NCBI RefSeq assembly: GCF_002075285.3
Contig: NZ_CP021983.2
Coordinates: 5,160,001 to 5,192,000, forward strand
Direction: 5' to 3'
Length of the DNA stretch: 32,000 nucleotides
From: Halomicronema hongdechloris C2206
Lineage (GTDB): Bacteria; Cyanobacteriota; Cyanobacteriia; Phormidesmidales; Phormidesmidaceae
Shown piece after piece: positions 9,491 to 19,826 of this stretch. The notes beneath the pieces are model-generated. The model was given only the letters and a program-made list of their open reading frames with translations, was not told where the DNA came from and searched no databases. The stretch's first letter is position 1; each line of letters begins with the position of its first letter. The translations under genes were made by a program, and so were the position numbers.

Positions 9491-9537
9491 GGGTATGAGG
9501 AAGAGGAGACGTCATGACATCGTAATCTCAGGACACA

Positions 9538-11085
9538 TTAATCATAAAAGGCCCAGCGCGGGTCGGCTTGATAGCGAACGATGATGGGATGGGTTAAGCG
9601 ATTCACCTGGACGCCGTCTAGGGAAATATCGGCGGGGAGAATGAATAGAGTAGGCAAGAGATCGGGGGTGAGAAACCGGGTAGGCACGGGCAGAGGTAGG
9701 GAGGCGGGCTGAATTGGCTGCTGACTGGCTAGGACAAAGCCCCAGGGACCAAAGCTGGGGACCTGGGTCTGATAAGGATGTACGGAAAAGTCTGTGGCTG
9801 CCAGGGTGGTAGCGATACAGGCGAAGGCTTTGGAGGCGAAAAAGGGGCTGGAGGCCTGGGTGACGAAGATACCATCGTTGGCCAGGTGCTGACGGATCTG
9901 ACCGTAGAAGCCGAGGCTATAGAGTTTTGCGATCGCAGCCTGGTCCGGGTCTGGGAAATCGGCGATGACCACATCAAAAGCCGCCTCCAACTCAGGGACA
10001 ATTTGGAACGCATCCCCATAGCGAATCTGTACCCGCTCATCGGCGAAGGCATGGTGATTGGCCCGCACCAGAGCCGGGTAATGACGGGCCAGCTGCACCA
10101 TGGCGGGATCTAACTCCACCACTAGCACCTGTTCCACCTGGGGCCATTTCAGAATCTCCCGCAGGGCCATACCATCCCCCGCCCCCAGCAGCAGTACCCG
10201 ATGGGGATGGGGACTAGCGGCCATGGCGGGATGGACCAGGGCTTCGTGGTAGCGGTACTCATCCAGGGTAGAAAGCTGCAGATCGCCATTGAGAAACAGT
10301 CGCACATCCTGGCCATAGCGTGTGAGGACGATGCGCTGATAGGCCGATTGTTGTCGGACCACGACTGGGGCACCATAGAGGGTATTTTCCAGCCGATTAC
10401 TCAGGGGCACTGTTAGGGGGGCCAGGAGCAGCAGGGCGATGCCTAAGACCAACCCCCAACGGCGCCAGCGGCGTTGACCCGGAAATACGCGTCCTAGACC
10501 AAAGACCATCCAGGCCGGTAGGGCCCCGATGACAGCGGCTGAGGGAAACATGCCGATCAGCGGCAATAGCAAAATCGGGAACAGCAGGGAGCCAGCCAAG
10601 GCCCCAGCATAGTCGAGGGCCAGGACCCCAGCTAGGGCCTCGCGCACCCCCTGATCCAGTTCAATCAACCGGGTCAGCAAAGGGACCTCCATCCCGGCCA
10701 GGAGCCCCAAGATCACCGTCGCCAGGGCCAATCCTAACCAGAGGGGACCATCCAGGGCAAACAGGCTGAATAGCCCCAGGGGGAGTAGGGCCGTCAGGGG
10801 AGCAATCAGCATCTCTACCTGCAGAAATCGCCTCAGCAGGTGTCGTTGCATGGGCTCCCCAGTGTCTTGAGTCGCCACGAAGCGACTGAGATAGGACCCT
10901 AGGCCCATGGCCGCCAAAAAGCCGCCTACTGCCACACCGTAGGCCAAGGCCTGGTTGCCCACCAGATAGCTGGCCAGGGTGCCCAGCAGCAACTCTGCCG
11001 CCAGCCCACAGGCCGATGACACGGCGGCGGCTGCCAAAAGCCAGCGGACCTGGCGCTGATTTAGTTGGGCCACCGAACGGCTCAT
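9538..11085 (-). CDS. Membrane-fused polyamine aminopropyltransferase (spermidine-synthase-like)
   Basis: The N-terminal ~230 aa are polytopic membrane. The C-terminal domain has SpeE-type motifs (YHEALVHP; VLLLGAGDGMALREI; VVIADFPDPD). Its start overlaps the upstream small ORF in an ATGA junction. Confidence 0.9.
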   Translation of the reverse strand: MSRSVAQLNQRQVRWLLAAAAVSSACGLAAELLLGTLASYLVGNQALAYGVAVGGFLAAMGLGSYLSRFVATQDTGEPMQRHLLRRFLQVEMLIAPLTALLPLGLFSLFALDGPLWLGLALATVILGLLAGMEVPLLTRLIELDQGVREALAGVLALDYAGALAGSLLFPILLLPLIGMFPSAAVIGALPAWMVFGLGRVFPGQRRWRRWGLVLGIALLLLAPLTVPLSNRLENTLYGAPVVVRQQSAYQRIVLTRYGQDVRLFLNGDLQLSTLDEYRYHEALVHPAMAASPHPHRVLLLGAGDGMALREILKWPQVEQVLVVELDPAMVQLARHYPALVRANHHAFADERVQIRYGDAFQIVPELEAAFDVVIADFPDPDQAAIAKLYSLGFYGQIRQHLANDGIFVTQASSPFFASKAFACIATTLAATDFSVHPYQTQVPSFGPWGFVLASQQPIQPASLPLPVPTRFLTPDLLPTLFILPADISLDGVQVNRLTHPIIVRYQADPRWAFYD

Positions 11086-11312
11086 TTACCAGCGCCAATG
11101 CCGCCGCCGCGAAAGTCACCATAGGCCCTCCGGTTGGGTAGCGGCACCCACTGGCCGCCGCGATAGAGACCAGAAATACGAGTGCCGCGGCGAGACCAAT
11201 AGAAGGGTTGGGTTTCTTGGCCTAATCGTAGGGCCGCGACTTGGGTATAGCTGCCGTAGATGGCCAGCAAGGCGATGACATAGGCGGCGAGGGCGGCAAC
11301 TTTAGGCAGCAT
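11082..11312 (-). CDS. Small single-TM protein translationally coupled to the SpeE-like gene
   Basis: 76-aa ORF with a TM helix (VAALAAYVIALLAIYG) and a Gly/Arg-rich tail (GDFRGGGIGAGK). Its stop overlaps the SpeE-like ATG by 4 nt (ATGA). Confidence 0.6.
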   Translation of the reverse strand: MLPKVAALAAYVIALLAIYGSYTQVAALRLGQETQPFYWSRRGTRISGLYRGGQWVPLPNRRAYGDFRGGGIGAGK

Positions 11313-11482
11313 AGGAGTCTCCTTAGAATCGAACTGAAAGATGATTTGCAGAACACCTAAACACTAGTCAGAACAGGGTTTAGAAACTTTTCAGAGACAT
11401 TGTCAGTGCTCAGGCAAGATGGCTAGACGTTTTGACAGAGCCTGCTTTGAAGACCTTGTAAGATGTCCTGTGCCAATTAGCG

Positions 11483-12469
11483 TTAGGTGCGTAGGCGAAT
11501 GATTTCCGTAGGCTGTAAGGTGCGCACCCCTTCCTTGACAGCCAGGTAGGTATAGTCCACCGGGCCATCGGGCATCACTTCCACAGAGAAGCCATAGGAA
11601 CCGCGCGGCTCTAGGACCAAGTCTAGGCTGACATGGCCCTTGGCACTGTCGATCTTGCCGTCTTCCCGGCGAAAGGTCAGGGGCACGGATAGACGGCGGC
11701 TGTAGATCTGCTCGCCATAGCCATCTTTAATAATCAGATGCGCCTGTAATTCCCGGGGAGAGGTTTCGTCTGATATCACATCGATGTTAACTCGCACTAG
11801 CTTGTCGGCACCGCCCAGGGTGGCCCGCCCGGCCACATCGCTATCATTGGCCCGCTCTGAAACCACCTTGCGGCCTGATTTGCCCACGGCCAGGCTGGTG
11901 ATCAGGGCGATGACCAACACCCCGAAAAAGCCCACCCATAGGAAACGACTGTCAATGACTCCGTCTCGCACCGTGACCTCGAAGGACACGGGCTGGGCTA
12001 GGGGTTGACCACCGGTGCGGCCCTGCTCTAAGACGGTAATGGCTAGGGTAATGGGCTGATCGATGCTGGCTCGCCGAATATCGAAGCGCCCTTTTAGGTC
12101 TTGTTCTGACCAAGTGCCGCTTTCTCCGTCTTCCCGCCAGATGCCAGATTCTCGCCAGGCTTGTTTGATGCCAGAGGCCAGGAGATTATTTTGGCTGTCG
12201 AACACCTGTACCTCGAAGGTGAGCCAGGTATTTTTAGGTAGGCGGGCCCGGGTATCGATGCGAAGGGCCCCCAGCCCTCCCCGGGGTTGTACTGCTTCCA
12301 GACGAGTGGTCTCTTCTGGGGAGACCTGTACGGTGGTGTTCAACAGCCGGCGGGATAAGAAGGGGGAGACTACCACTGCGATCGCAAGTATCCCCAAGGC
12401 GCCTAGAGCAGCCAGGGGGGACCAATCCGTAAAACGGCGAGTGCGGTAAGGTTGAACATCAACCGGCAT
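11483..12469 (-). CDS. Uncharacterised two-TM membrane protein with two beta-rich extracytoplasmic-looking domains
   Basis: 328-aa ORF with TM1 (LAALGALGILAIAVVVSPF) and TM2 (FLWVGFFGVLVIALITSLAV), each followed by a ~130-aa beta-strand-like region. First gene of the minus-strand cluster. Confidence 0.75.
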   Translation of the reverse strand: MPVDVQPYRTRRFTDWSPLAALGALGILAIAVVVSPFLSRRLLNTTVQVSPEETTRLEAVQPRGGLGALRIDTRARLPKNTWLTFEVQVFDSQNNLLASGIKQAWRESGIWREDGESGTWSEQDLKGRFDIRRASIDQPITLAITVLEQGRTGGQPLAQPVSFEVTVRDGVIDSRFLWVGFFGVLVIALITSLAVGKSGRKVVSERANDSDVAGRATLGGADKLVRVNIDVISDETSPRELQAHLIIKDGYGEQIYSRRLSVPLTFRREDGKIDSAKGHVSLDLVLEPRGSYGFSVEVMPDGPVDYTYLAVKEGVRTLQPTEIIRLRT

Positions 12470-12827
12470 AGCCTAACCCCAGTGGTGTAAACGCTAGTAA
12501 TACCATGGCAATAGTCGCTACCGATGCCCTTCTCTCTTAACAGCCTTTAATACACCTTGTCCAGAATTGCCTCGAGTGGACTCTAGCGCCAGGGTGATTA
12601 CCACTATTGCAGGCAGACAGCCAGAGAGCTGGGGAGCAAATATTGGCCAATGGCTAAAAGCCCTGCCCGGTCTAAACAGTAGGCAACTTACCCAGCCCCT
12701 TTCAGGCCAAGCCCGAGACGGTGTCATAAATCTTGACTGGGTCAGCTTTCAGTTGCCTGCCACCCCGGCTCAATTCAGTCCCCAACCTTGGTAGGCTAAA
12801 GGCAATCTGAATTCTCAGGAGGTTGCT

Positions 12828-13034
12828 GTGCCAGTACTGCAAGATGTTTTGGCCACTGTCGGTTGGACCATACTATCTGTGGTGTTGTTTTACGGTGGGG
12901 TGCGGTTATTTGATCTGCTCGATCCCATTGACTATCAGGCGGAAGTCCGCAAAGGCAACATGGCGGCAGGGATCTTACTCGCTGCCGTGGTCGTAGCCCT
13001 AGCGGGCATTATCATTGCGATTATCTTTACTTAA
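12828..13034 (+). CDS. DUF350-domain small membrane protein
   Basis: 68-aa ORF with two TM helices (VGWTILSVVLFYGGV; AAGILLAAVVVALAGIIIAIIF). The GTG start is preceded by AGGAGG at 12817-12822 with a 5-nt spacer. Confidence 0.8.
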   Translation: MPVLQDVLATVGWTILSVVLFYGGVRLFDLLDPIDYQAEVRKGNMAAGILLAAVVVALAGIIIAIIFT

Positions 13035-13107
13035 AGCTGAAGCAACCAGAATGATACTGGCATGGCTATCAATAGCACCCAGTAGCGCCGACTTCCGGAG
13101 CCGTTCC

Positions 13108-13446
13108 CTAGCGACAGCTGCAGTGGTTGAATACGGGAATGGGAGTTGGATCGGCTGGCTGAGATTGATAGCTGGAACAGCCGTCACAGGGGCCAGAAGG
13201 GTTCACGGCACAGCGCAAATAGGGGGAGCGAGCATTCAGCTGACAGGTGGCATCACCGATGATGTAACCTGCCCCTTCCACATAATGTAAGCCCCGATCA
13301 CCCTGCAACATGGTTTGCAAATTGGAGGCCGAGGGCGGCTCTAGACGGACAGGCTCAATGGTGGGCTGGCGATAGCGATAACTGATCCAAGCCGACACCA
13401 TGGCCGGTCCCAGAGCAATCAGAAAAATTAAGAGAATGACTACCAT
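13108..13446 (-). CDS. Small membrane-anchored Cys-rich protein (possibly DUF6464, recalled from memory)
   Basis: 112-aa ORF with an N-terminal TM (VVILLIFLIALGPAMVSAWI) and a Cys-rich tail (DATCQLNARSPYLRCAVNPSGPCDGCSSY...CSC). Confidence 0.65.
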   Translation of the reverse strand: MVVILLIFLIALGPAMVSAWISYRYRQPTIEPVRLEPPSASNLQTMLQGDRGLHYVEGAGYIIGDATCQLNARSPYLRCAVNPSGPCDGCSSYQSQPADPTPIPVFNHCSCR

Positions 13447-13520
13447 AGATCCTGCTTATCCCTAGGCAATCGATCCTATCGTGGTCCTTCGATGGATCGA
13501 GCTGGTTTTAGCAGTTCTTA

Positions 13521-13632
13521 AGAGAGAGGGAGAGGGGGGGGAGAGGGAAGAATGAAGGATGAGGGATGAAGGATGAAAGGTGGGTAGGTGGGGTGATGGG
13601 GAAAAGGAAAACGGCATAGGGCATAGGGGACA
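13521..13632. repeat. Purine-rich tract with heptamer tandem units (copy A array)
   Basis: Reads agagagagggagaggggggggagaggg, then gaaggat-gagggat-gaaggat-gaaaggt-gggtagg, then ggcatag-ggcatag-gggacag. Almost all G/A on the plus strand. Confidence 0.8.
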
Positions 13633-13762
13633 GGGTAGGGGCGCGGTTGCCGCGCCCAATGTAGAAAATCTGAGCTAAACGATTAAGCGTGGTCTGATCG
13701 AGGTCTATCGCCACTGATTGATATGCCCTTCCGCAGAGTCCAGGGCAGCGGTTTGACTGCGC
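13633..13762 (+). repeat. Modular hairpin-rich dispersed repeat, copy A (modules 1-2-4)
   Basis: Module 1 is GGGTAGGGGCGCGGTTGCCGCGCCCAATGTAGAAAA (8-bp GC hairpin at 13639-13657). Module 2 is CGATTAAGCGTGGTCTGATCGAGGTCTATCGCCACTGA. Module 4 is ATGCCCTTCCGCAGAGTCCAGGGCAGCGG. The copy ends at the aspS stop codon. Confidence 0.85.
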
Positions 13763-13763
13763 T

Positions 13764-15557
13764 CTAGGCATTGGCATTGGGGTCATAGGTAGAGGCCACA
13801 TGCAGTTCGGCCAGTTGCCGGTCGTCTACCCCGGAGGGAGCCTGAGTCAACAGACAGCGAGCTTGTTGGGTCTTGGGAAATGCGATCGCATCGCGGATGG
13901 ACTCTTCCCCTGCCAGTAGCATCACCAAGCGGTCGAGGCCATAGGCGATGCCGCCATGGGGCGGGGTGCCATACTCGAAGGCCTCGAGTAAAAAGCCAAA
14001 CTTGTCATGGGCTTCCTGGGGCGAGAGGCCAATGGCGGCGAATACCTGCTGCTGCACATCGGGCTGGTAAATCCGCAGGCTACCGCCACCCAATTCATAG
14101 CCATTAAATACCAGGTCATAGGCTTGGGCCCGCGCCGTCTTCAGCTCGGCTAAATCCTCTGGATAGGGGGCCGTGAAGGGATGGTGCAGGGCTTCCAAAC
14201 GCTCCTCATCAGCGTTCCACTCAAACATGGGAAACTCGGTGATCCACAGCAGATTGCATTGATCTGCCGGAATCAGATTCAGCTCCGCGGCCAGGGCTTG
14301 GCGCAACCGATCCAGGGTGGCATTGACCACCTCGGTCGGCCCGGCCCCAAACAAGAGTAGATGACCGTCAGTTGCCCCAGTGCGCTCCAGTAATCCCTGC
14401 TTTTGGGCCTGACTCAAGTTGTCCTTGATGGCCCCGATGGTGTCGAGGCTACCGCCATCCCGGACCCGCACATAGGCCAGTCCCTTGGCCCCAGCACCGA
14501 TGGCAATCTTAAACAGGTCACCCCCCGGTTTAATGCGCACATTGGAGATGGCGTCGTTTCCCCCGGGAATGGGCAACACCTTCACCTGGCCCCCGGCGGC
14601 CACAGCAGCAGAGAACACCTTGAAGCCTGAGTCGACCACTAAATCGGAAACATTGACCAACTCTAAGCCGTAGCGCGTGTCTGGCTTGTCGGTGCCGTAG
14701 CGATCCATGGCCTCGGCGTAGGTGAGGCGCGGCAAGGGCAGTGGCAACTCCTGTCCCGTCACGATCTTGAAGATATGGGCCATCAGGGCTTCGTTGAGGG
14801 CCAGGATCTCCTCCTGATCCATGAAGCTCATCTCCATATCCAGCTGGGTAAACTCGGGCTGGCGGTCGGCCCGGAGGTCTTCGTCGCGAAAACAGCGAGC
14901 GATTTGGTAGTAGCGATCCAGCCCTGAGACCATCAGCAATTGCTTAAACAGCTGAGGGGACTGCGGCAAGGCAAACCATTCCCCCGGATTGGCCCGAGAG
15001 GGGACTAAATAGTCCCGCGCCCCTTCCGGCGTCGAGCGGGTCAGCACCGGGGTTTCCACTTCCACAAACCCCTCTTGGTCTTCTAGGAAGCGGCGAATGG
15101 CCTTGATCACCTGGTGCCGCAGCTGTAGATTGTGGCCCATGCGCTCTCGCCGCAAGTCTAGGTAGCGGTAGCGCAGTCGCAATTCTTCCCGCACCGGTTC
15201 TGGCTCGATGGTCGAGACTTGAAAGGGGAGCGGTTTGCGCACCCCGTTTAAAATTTCCAACTGATCGGCGTAGATTTCTACCGCGCCGGTGGGCAGCTTG
15301 GGATTTAGGGATGCCTCCGGGCGCTGGCTGACGCGGCCGGTGATCTTAACCACATATTCATTGCGCACCTGATCGGCAAAGGAATGGGAGGCGGGGGTGC
15401 GTTCTGGGTCGCTGACAATTTGCACGATACCGGTGCGATCGCGCAGATCCACGAAAATGACGCCCCCGTGATCTCGCCGTCGGTCGACCCAACCAAATAG
15501 GGTGACGGTCTGGCCGATATGCTCTGGCCGCAGCTGGCCGCAGTAATGGGTGCGCAT
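13764..15557 (-). CDS. aspS: Aspartate--tRNA ligase
   Basis: 597-aa ORF with class IIb AspRS blocks ([10 protein letters not shown]; [12 protein letters not shown]; [25 protein letters not shown]; GGGSLRI; [15 protein letters not shown]). Confidence 0.97.
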   Translation of the reverse strand: MRTHYCGQLRPEHIGQTVTLFGWVDRRRDHGGVIFVDLRDRTGIVQIVSDPERTPASHSFADQVRNEYVVKITGRVSQRPEASLNPKLPTGAVEIYADQLEILNGVRKPLPFQVSTIEPEPVREELRLRYRYLDLRRERMGHNLQLRHQVIKAIRRFLEDQEGFVEVETPVLTRSTPEGARDYLVPSRANPGEWFALPQSPQLFKQLLMVSGLDRYYQIARCFRDEDLRADRQPEFTQLDMEMSFMDQEEILALNEALMAHIFKIVTGQELPLPLPRLTYAEAMDRYGTDKPDTRYGLELVNVSDLVVDSGFKVFSAAVAAGGQVKVLPIPGGNDAISNVRIKPGGDLFKIAIGAGAKGLAYVRVRDGGSLDTIGAIKDNLSQAQKQGLLERTGATDGHLLLFGAGPTEVVNATLDRLRQALAAELNLIPADQCNLLWITEFPMFEWNADEERLEALHHPFTAPYPEDLAELKTARAQAYDLVFNGYELGGGSLRIYQPDVQQQVFAAIGLSPQEAHDKFGFLLEAFEYGTPPHGGIAYGLDRLVMLLAGEESIRDAIAFPKTQQARCLLTQAPSGVDDRQLAELHVASTYDPNANA

Positions 15558-15655
15558 GGTGAAGGTGCGATCGCAACAGCGTAACTACAAAACCTCTCCA
15601 TTATCCAGGATCATGGAAATCCTGACGCCCTAAATCAGCAGAAATTGTGAACAGC

Positions 15656-15717
15656 GGGGGAGAGGGGGAGAGGGGGAGAGAGGGAAGGCAGAAGTCAAAA
15701 GGCAGAAGTCAGAAAGG
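15656..15717. repeat. G/A-rich tandem array (copy B array): GGGGAGA x3, then a 14-15-nt unit x2
   Basis: Reads gggggagagggggagagggggagagaggg, then ggcagaagtcaaaa-ggcagaagtcagaaa, about 100-160 nt upstream of the aspS start on the opposite strand. Confidence 0.8.
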
Positions 15718-15756
15718 TCCATCGCCTCCCCGCCGATGCGACGCGATCCATCACGA

Positions 15757-15920
15757 CTAACTGACAGGCCCTTCCGCGGGGTCCAGGGCGGCGGAACGCC
15801 CTGGTCGTAGGAGTCCGAGGGGAACGAGATCCCCTCGGGTGAGCCCCCCGAGCTACATGATTAAGCGTGGCCTTATCGGGGGCCACCGCCATTGATCGAC
15901 ATGCCCTTCTGCACGAGCAG
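15757..15920 (+). repeat. Modular hairpin-rich dispersed repeat, copy B (modules 4-3-2-4')
   Basis: Module 4 is GGCCCTTCCGCGGGGTCCAGGGCGGCGG. Module 3 is CCCTGGTCGTAGGAGTCCGAGGGGAACGAGATCCCCTCGGGTGAGCCCCCCGAGC. Module 2 is GATTAAGCGTGGCCTTATCGGGGGCCACCGCCATTGA. A second, partial module 4 reads ATGCCCTTCTGCACGAG. Confidence 0.85.
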
Positions 15921-15954
15921 TTCGCCGCACTCATCCACTGGTCTACTCCCTGCC

Positions 15955-16998
15955 TCAATGACCAACACCTATCTCTACCGAGTCTTGCTCCTGCAGCAGA
16001 CCGGTCAATAGAGACCTGGGCTGATGATCATGGGGCCAGGCGAAGGCATGGCGGAAAGCAACTTCCTGGCACCGCTGTAATTCATCGAAGCCAATGATGT
16101 CGTAGGTGAGTAGCGTCTCGTATTCGAAAGGCAATCGCACATTGTGCAATCCAGCATTATCGGTACAGATGGCAATATCAACCCCGGCGTCAAAGCAGCG
16201 ATCAAAGACTGGTCGCAGTTGCTGCAAGCTGTCTAGGGTACCGGTCTTGAGATAAGTGGTAGGACAAACTTCTAAGCACTGTCCTCGAGCCGCTATCTCT
16301 GGCAATAAGTGTGGATACTGCAGGGGAATTTGAATGCCATGGCCAATTCGCATTAAATAGGGCAACAGCTCTGGATAGCAACCCTGAGGAGTCTCATACA
16401 GATGGCCAGTGGTATTGAGGCCCAGCTCCCGAGCATAACCGTAGAGCTGCACAAACTCCTCTAAGCGTTCACCGTATTGGGCATCCCCCCCAGCCATATC
16501 CACGGCACAGACATAATCAGGATACTGAGCCGCCAACTCTACAATGGCCCGATTCACCTCATAGGGTAGGCGTGAATGCATGCACAGAATTTGGCGGGCC
16601 ATAATGGGATATTCCGACTGTTGGCTAGCTCGACCGACAATCTCCACAATCTCCGTCATCCTATCGATGCGCTCGGTTTGAGGCAAATAGTCTGGTGTCC
16701 GCAGATAGGGAGTGTAGCGCAACTCTAGATAGGCCAGATTCTCGAACACATAGGCCCCCCGTAGCAGGCGATAGATAAAGTAAGGCAATGCCTCCTGGGT
16801 TTGCACACTCTCAACCAGGGTGTGTAACTCCAGATATTCAGCTAAAGTCTTACGGGGTTGGGTATAGAACTGCTCGAAAGCAGCATAGTCGGCAAAGGGC
16901 TGGGTCAGATCAGGGCGGTTGCGTTGAAAATAACGCCAGAGAATGCGGGGCACCACTGAGCCCCCCAGATGGCGGTGCAGTTCAGCATACAGACTCAT
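15955..16998 (-). CDS. Adenosine/adenine-deaminase-family metallohydrolase
   Basis: N-terminal metal motif MSLYAELHRHLGGSV (HxH), plus later HSRL, TTGH and CTDNAGLH blocks typical of the ADA amidohydrolase family. I place the start at ATG 16998. The ORF extension to 17154 looks non-coding. Confidence 0.82.
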   Translation of the reverse strand: MSLYAELHRHLGGSVVPRILWRYFQRNRPDLTQPFADYAAFEQFYTQPRKTLAEYLELHTLVESVQTQEALPYFIYRLLRGAYVFENLAYLELRYTPYLRTPDYLPQTERIDRMTEIVEIVGRASQQSEYPIMARQILCMHSRLPYEVNRAIVELAAQYPDYVCAVDMAGGDAQYGERLEEFVQLYGYARELGLNTTGHLYETPQGCYPELLPYLMRIGHGIQIPLQYPHLLPEIAARGQCLEVCPTTYLKTGTLDSLQQLRPVFDRCFDAGVDIAICTDNAGLHNVRLPFEYETLLTYDIIGFDELQRCQEVAFRHAFAWPHDHQPRSLLTGLLQEQDSVEIGVGH

Positions 16999-17270
16999 AG
17001 AAACCTCGGTGTGAAGAGTGCGTCGACAGCGATGAATACCTAGTGCCATCCCTATCCAAATCGGCACCTGGATATCAAGCAAGCTATTGTCCCCGAACCC
17101 GATGGGGTTGTTAAAAAAGGTGTAGTTATTCCTATGTTCTATCGTATATATCAAAAATTGCGTATATAATCTCTACCCTAAATTTAGTTTGGTTGTGTGG
17201 CGGCTGGATAGCTGGTCTAGTGATACAGCCACTCCGGCCTCGGGAGAGTGGCTATCTAGGAGTGTTGTTG

Positions 17271-17764
17271 ATGAACCCTACCATTCGCTGCCGTCAAGCC
17301 TCGATGGCTGATCTGCCTGATATCCTGCGCCTCTATGCCCAGCCAGATCTAGATAATGGCAAGGTACTCTCTACGGCTGCAGCCACGAGTATTCTGGAGC
17401 ACTTAGACAGTTACCCTGACTACCACCTCTACGTGGCCCTGGGGGACTCCCGCGTCGTGGGCACGTTTGCCCTATTGATCATGGATAATCTGGTCCATGC
17501 TGGCACCCCTTCGGCCGTCATTGAAGCCGTAGCTGTCGATCCGAGTTGGCAGCACCAAGGGGTGGGGACATATATGATGTACTATGCCCTGCGTCTAGTC
17601 AGCAAAAGGGCTGTGACAAAGCTACCCTGTCATCGAGTTTGAAACGCACTCGGGCCCATCGGTTTTATCAATCCCTTGGCTTCGAGCTCCATGGGTATAG
17701 CTTTCGTGCCTCAACGTCAACCATGGCAACTATGAATTATGTTGACATTGGGTACAGGCCCTGA
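17271..17764 (+). pseudogene. GNAT-family N-acetyltransferase interrupted by a 1-nt frameshift
   Basis: Frame A (17271..17642) encodes the N-terminal part up to motif A (VAVDPSWQHQGVGTYMMYYALRL). The C-terminal part (SQQKGCDKATLSSSLKRTRAHRFYQSLGFELHGYSF) continues in another frame (ORF 17546..17764). The switch point is near 17595-17605. Confidence 0.75.
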
Positions 17765-17799
17765 GGATAATGGTCATTTGTGTGAACGATAGCTTTTGA

Positions 17800-19140
<1,341 letters not shown>

Positions 19141-19184
19141 TCCGTTCTCTGTCTCTTCGAGTACTTGTTCAGGTAAGTCATCCT

Positions 19185-19826
19185 ATGGAACTCACGATTG
19201 AATGTAGCACCCGCGATCCGAAAGCCAAGGCCAATGTCCTGCGGCGGCAAGGGCTACTGCCTGCCGTACTCTATGGTCACAATGGCACTGAGTCTCTATC
19301 ATTGACGGTGCCAACCCTTGATGCTGAGGCGTTGCTGCGGCGAGCCTCGGTCAACAATACTCTGGTCAATGTCAAGGTCTCCGATACCGCTTGGAAGGGA
19401 AAAGCCCTGATTCGAGAGGTACAGACCCATCCCTGGAAAGAAAAGTTGGTGCACCTCAGCTTCTTCGCCGTGGCTGGCCAAGACGAAGTGGAGGTAACCG
19501 TGCCTCTGAACTACTCTGGTGAGGCCTCAGGGGTCAAGGACGAAGGAGGCATTCTGAATACGGAGCTGAATGAATTGACAATTAAGTGCAGCCCCGAGTC
19601 GATCCCCGAGGTGATTGATATTGATGTGTCTAATCTAGGAGTTGGTGATTCCCTGACCCTAGGAGACCTGGTGTTGCCCAAAGGGGTAGAAGCCGTGGGC
19701 GAGTCTGAGGTATCTGTCGTAGCCGTGCTGCCTCCGAAGAAAGAAGCGGCCCCTGAAGAAGAATTGGCAGAAGAGTCGGATGTGACGATTCCTTCAGAGA
19801 TTGCCGAAGTCCTGGGGAATGAGTAG
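19185..19826 (+). CDS. rplY: 50S ribosomal protein L25 / general stress protein Ctc
   Basis: 213-aa ORF. The N-terminal block is RRQGLLPAVLYGHNG...SLSL, and the tail is acidic, as in the long Ctc form. Confidence 0.92.
   Translation: MELTIECSTRDPKAKANVLRRQGLLPAVLYGHNGTESLSLTVPTLDAEALLRRASVNNTLVNVKVSDTAWKGKALIREVQTHPWKEKLVHLSFFAVAGQDEVEVTVPLNYSGEASGVKDEGGILNTELNELTIKCSPESIPEVIDIDVSNLGVGDSLTLGDLVLPKGVEAVGESEVSVVAVLPPKKEAAPEEELAEESDVTIPSEIAEVLGNE

Noticed and set aside
9220-11122. Alternative-frame ORFs in the DUF4178/SpeE-like region (9220..9447, 9240..9515, 9729..10052, 9778..10113, 10149..10376, 10201..10416, 10661..11122)
   Set aside because: They overlap ORFs with clear domain signatures, and their composition is Arg/Pro/Gly-biased.
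13462-13801. Minus-strand ORFs 13462..13659 and 13508..13801
   Set aside because: They translate the purine-rich heptamer tract and repeat copy A into low-complexity Pro/Ser/Leu strings. They overlap the aspS stop and have no independent coding signal.
15695-16097. ORFs 15695..15958 (-) and 15867..16097 (+)
   Set aside because: They lie within repeat copy B or antisense to the deaminase 3' end. Their Arg/Ala/Pro-rich composition is typical of GC-rich shadow frames.
16999-17154. 52-codon N-terminal extension of the deaminase ORF
   Set aside because: The family motif begins right after Met53 (MSLYAELHRHLGG). The extension is AT-rich promoter-like sequence with odd composition (MIYTIEHRNNYTFFNN...).
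17193-17270. Upstream extension of the GNAT ORF from a TTG at 17193
   Set aside because: GNAT domains begin near MNPTIRCRQASMADLPDIL. The extension adds no recognisable sequence.
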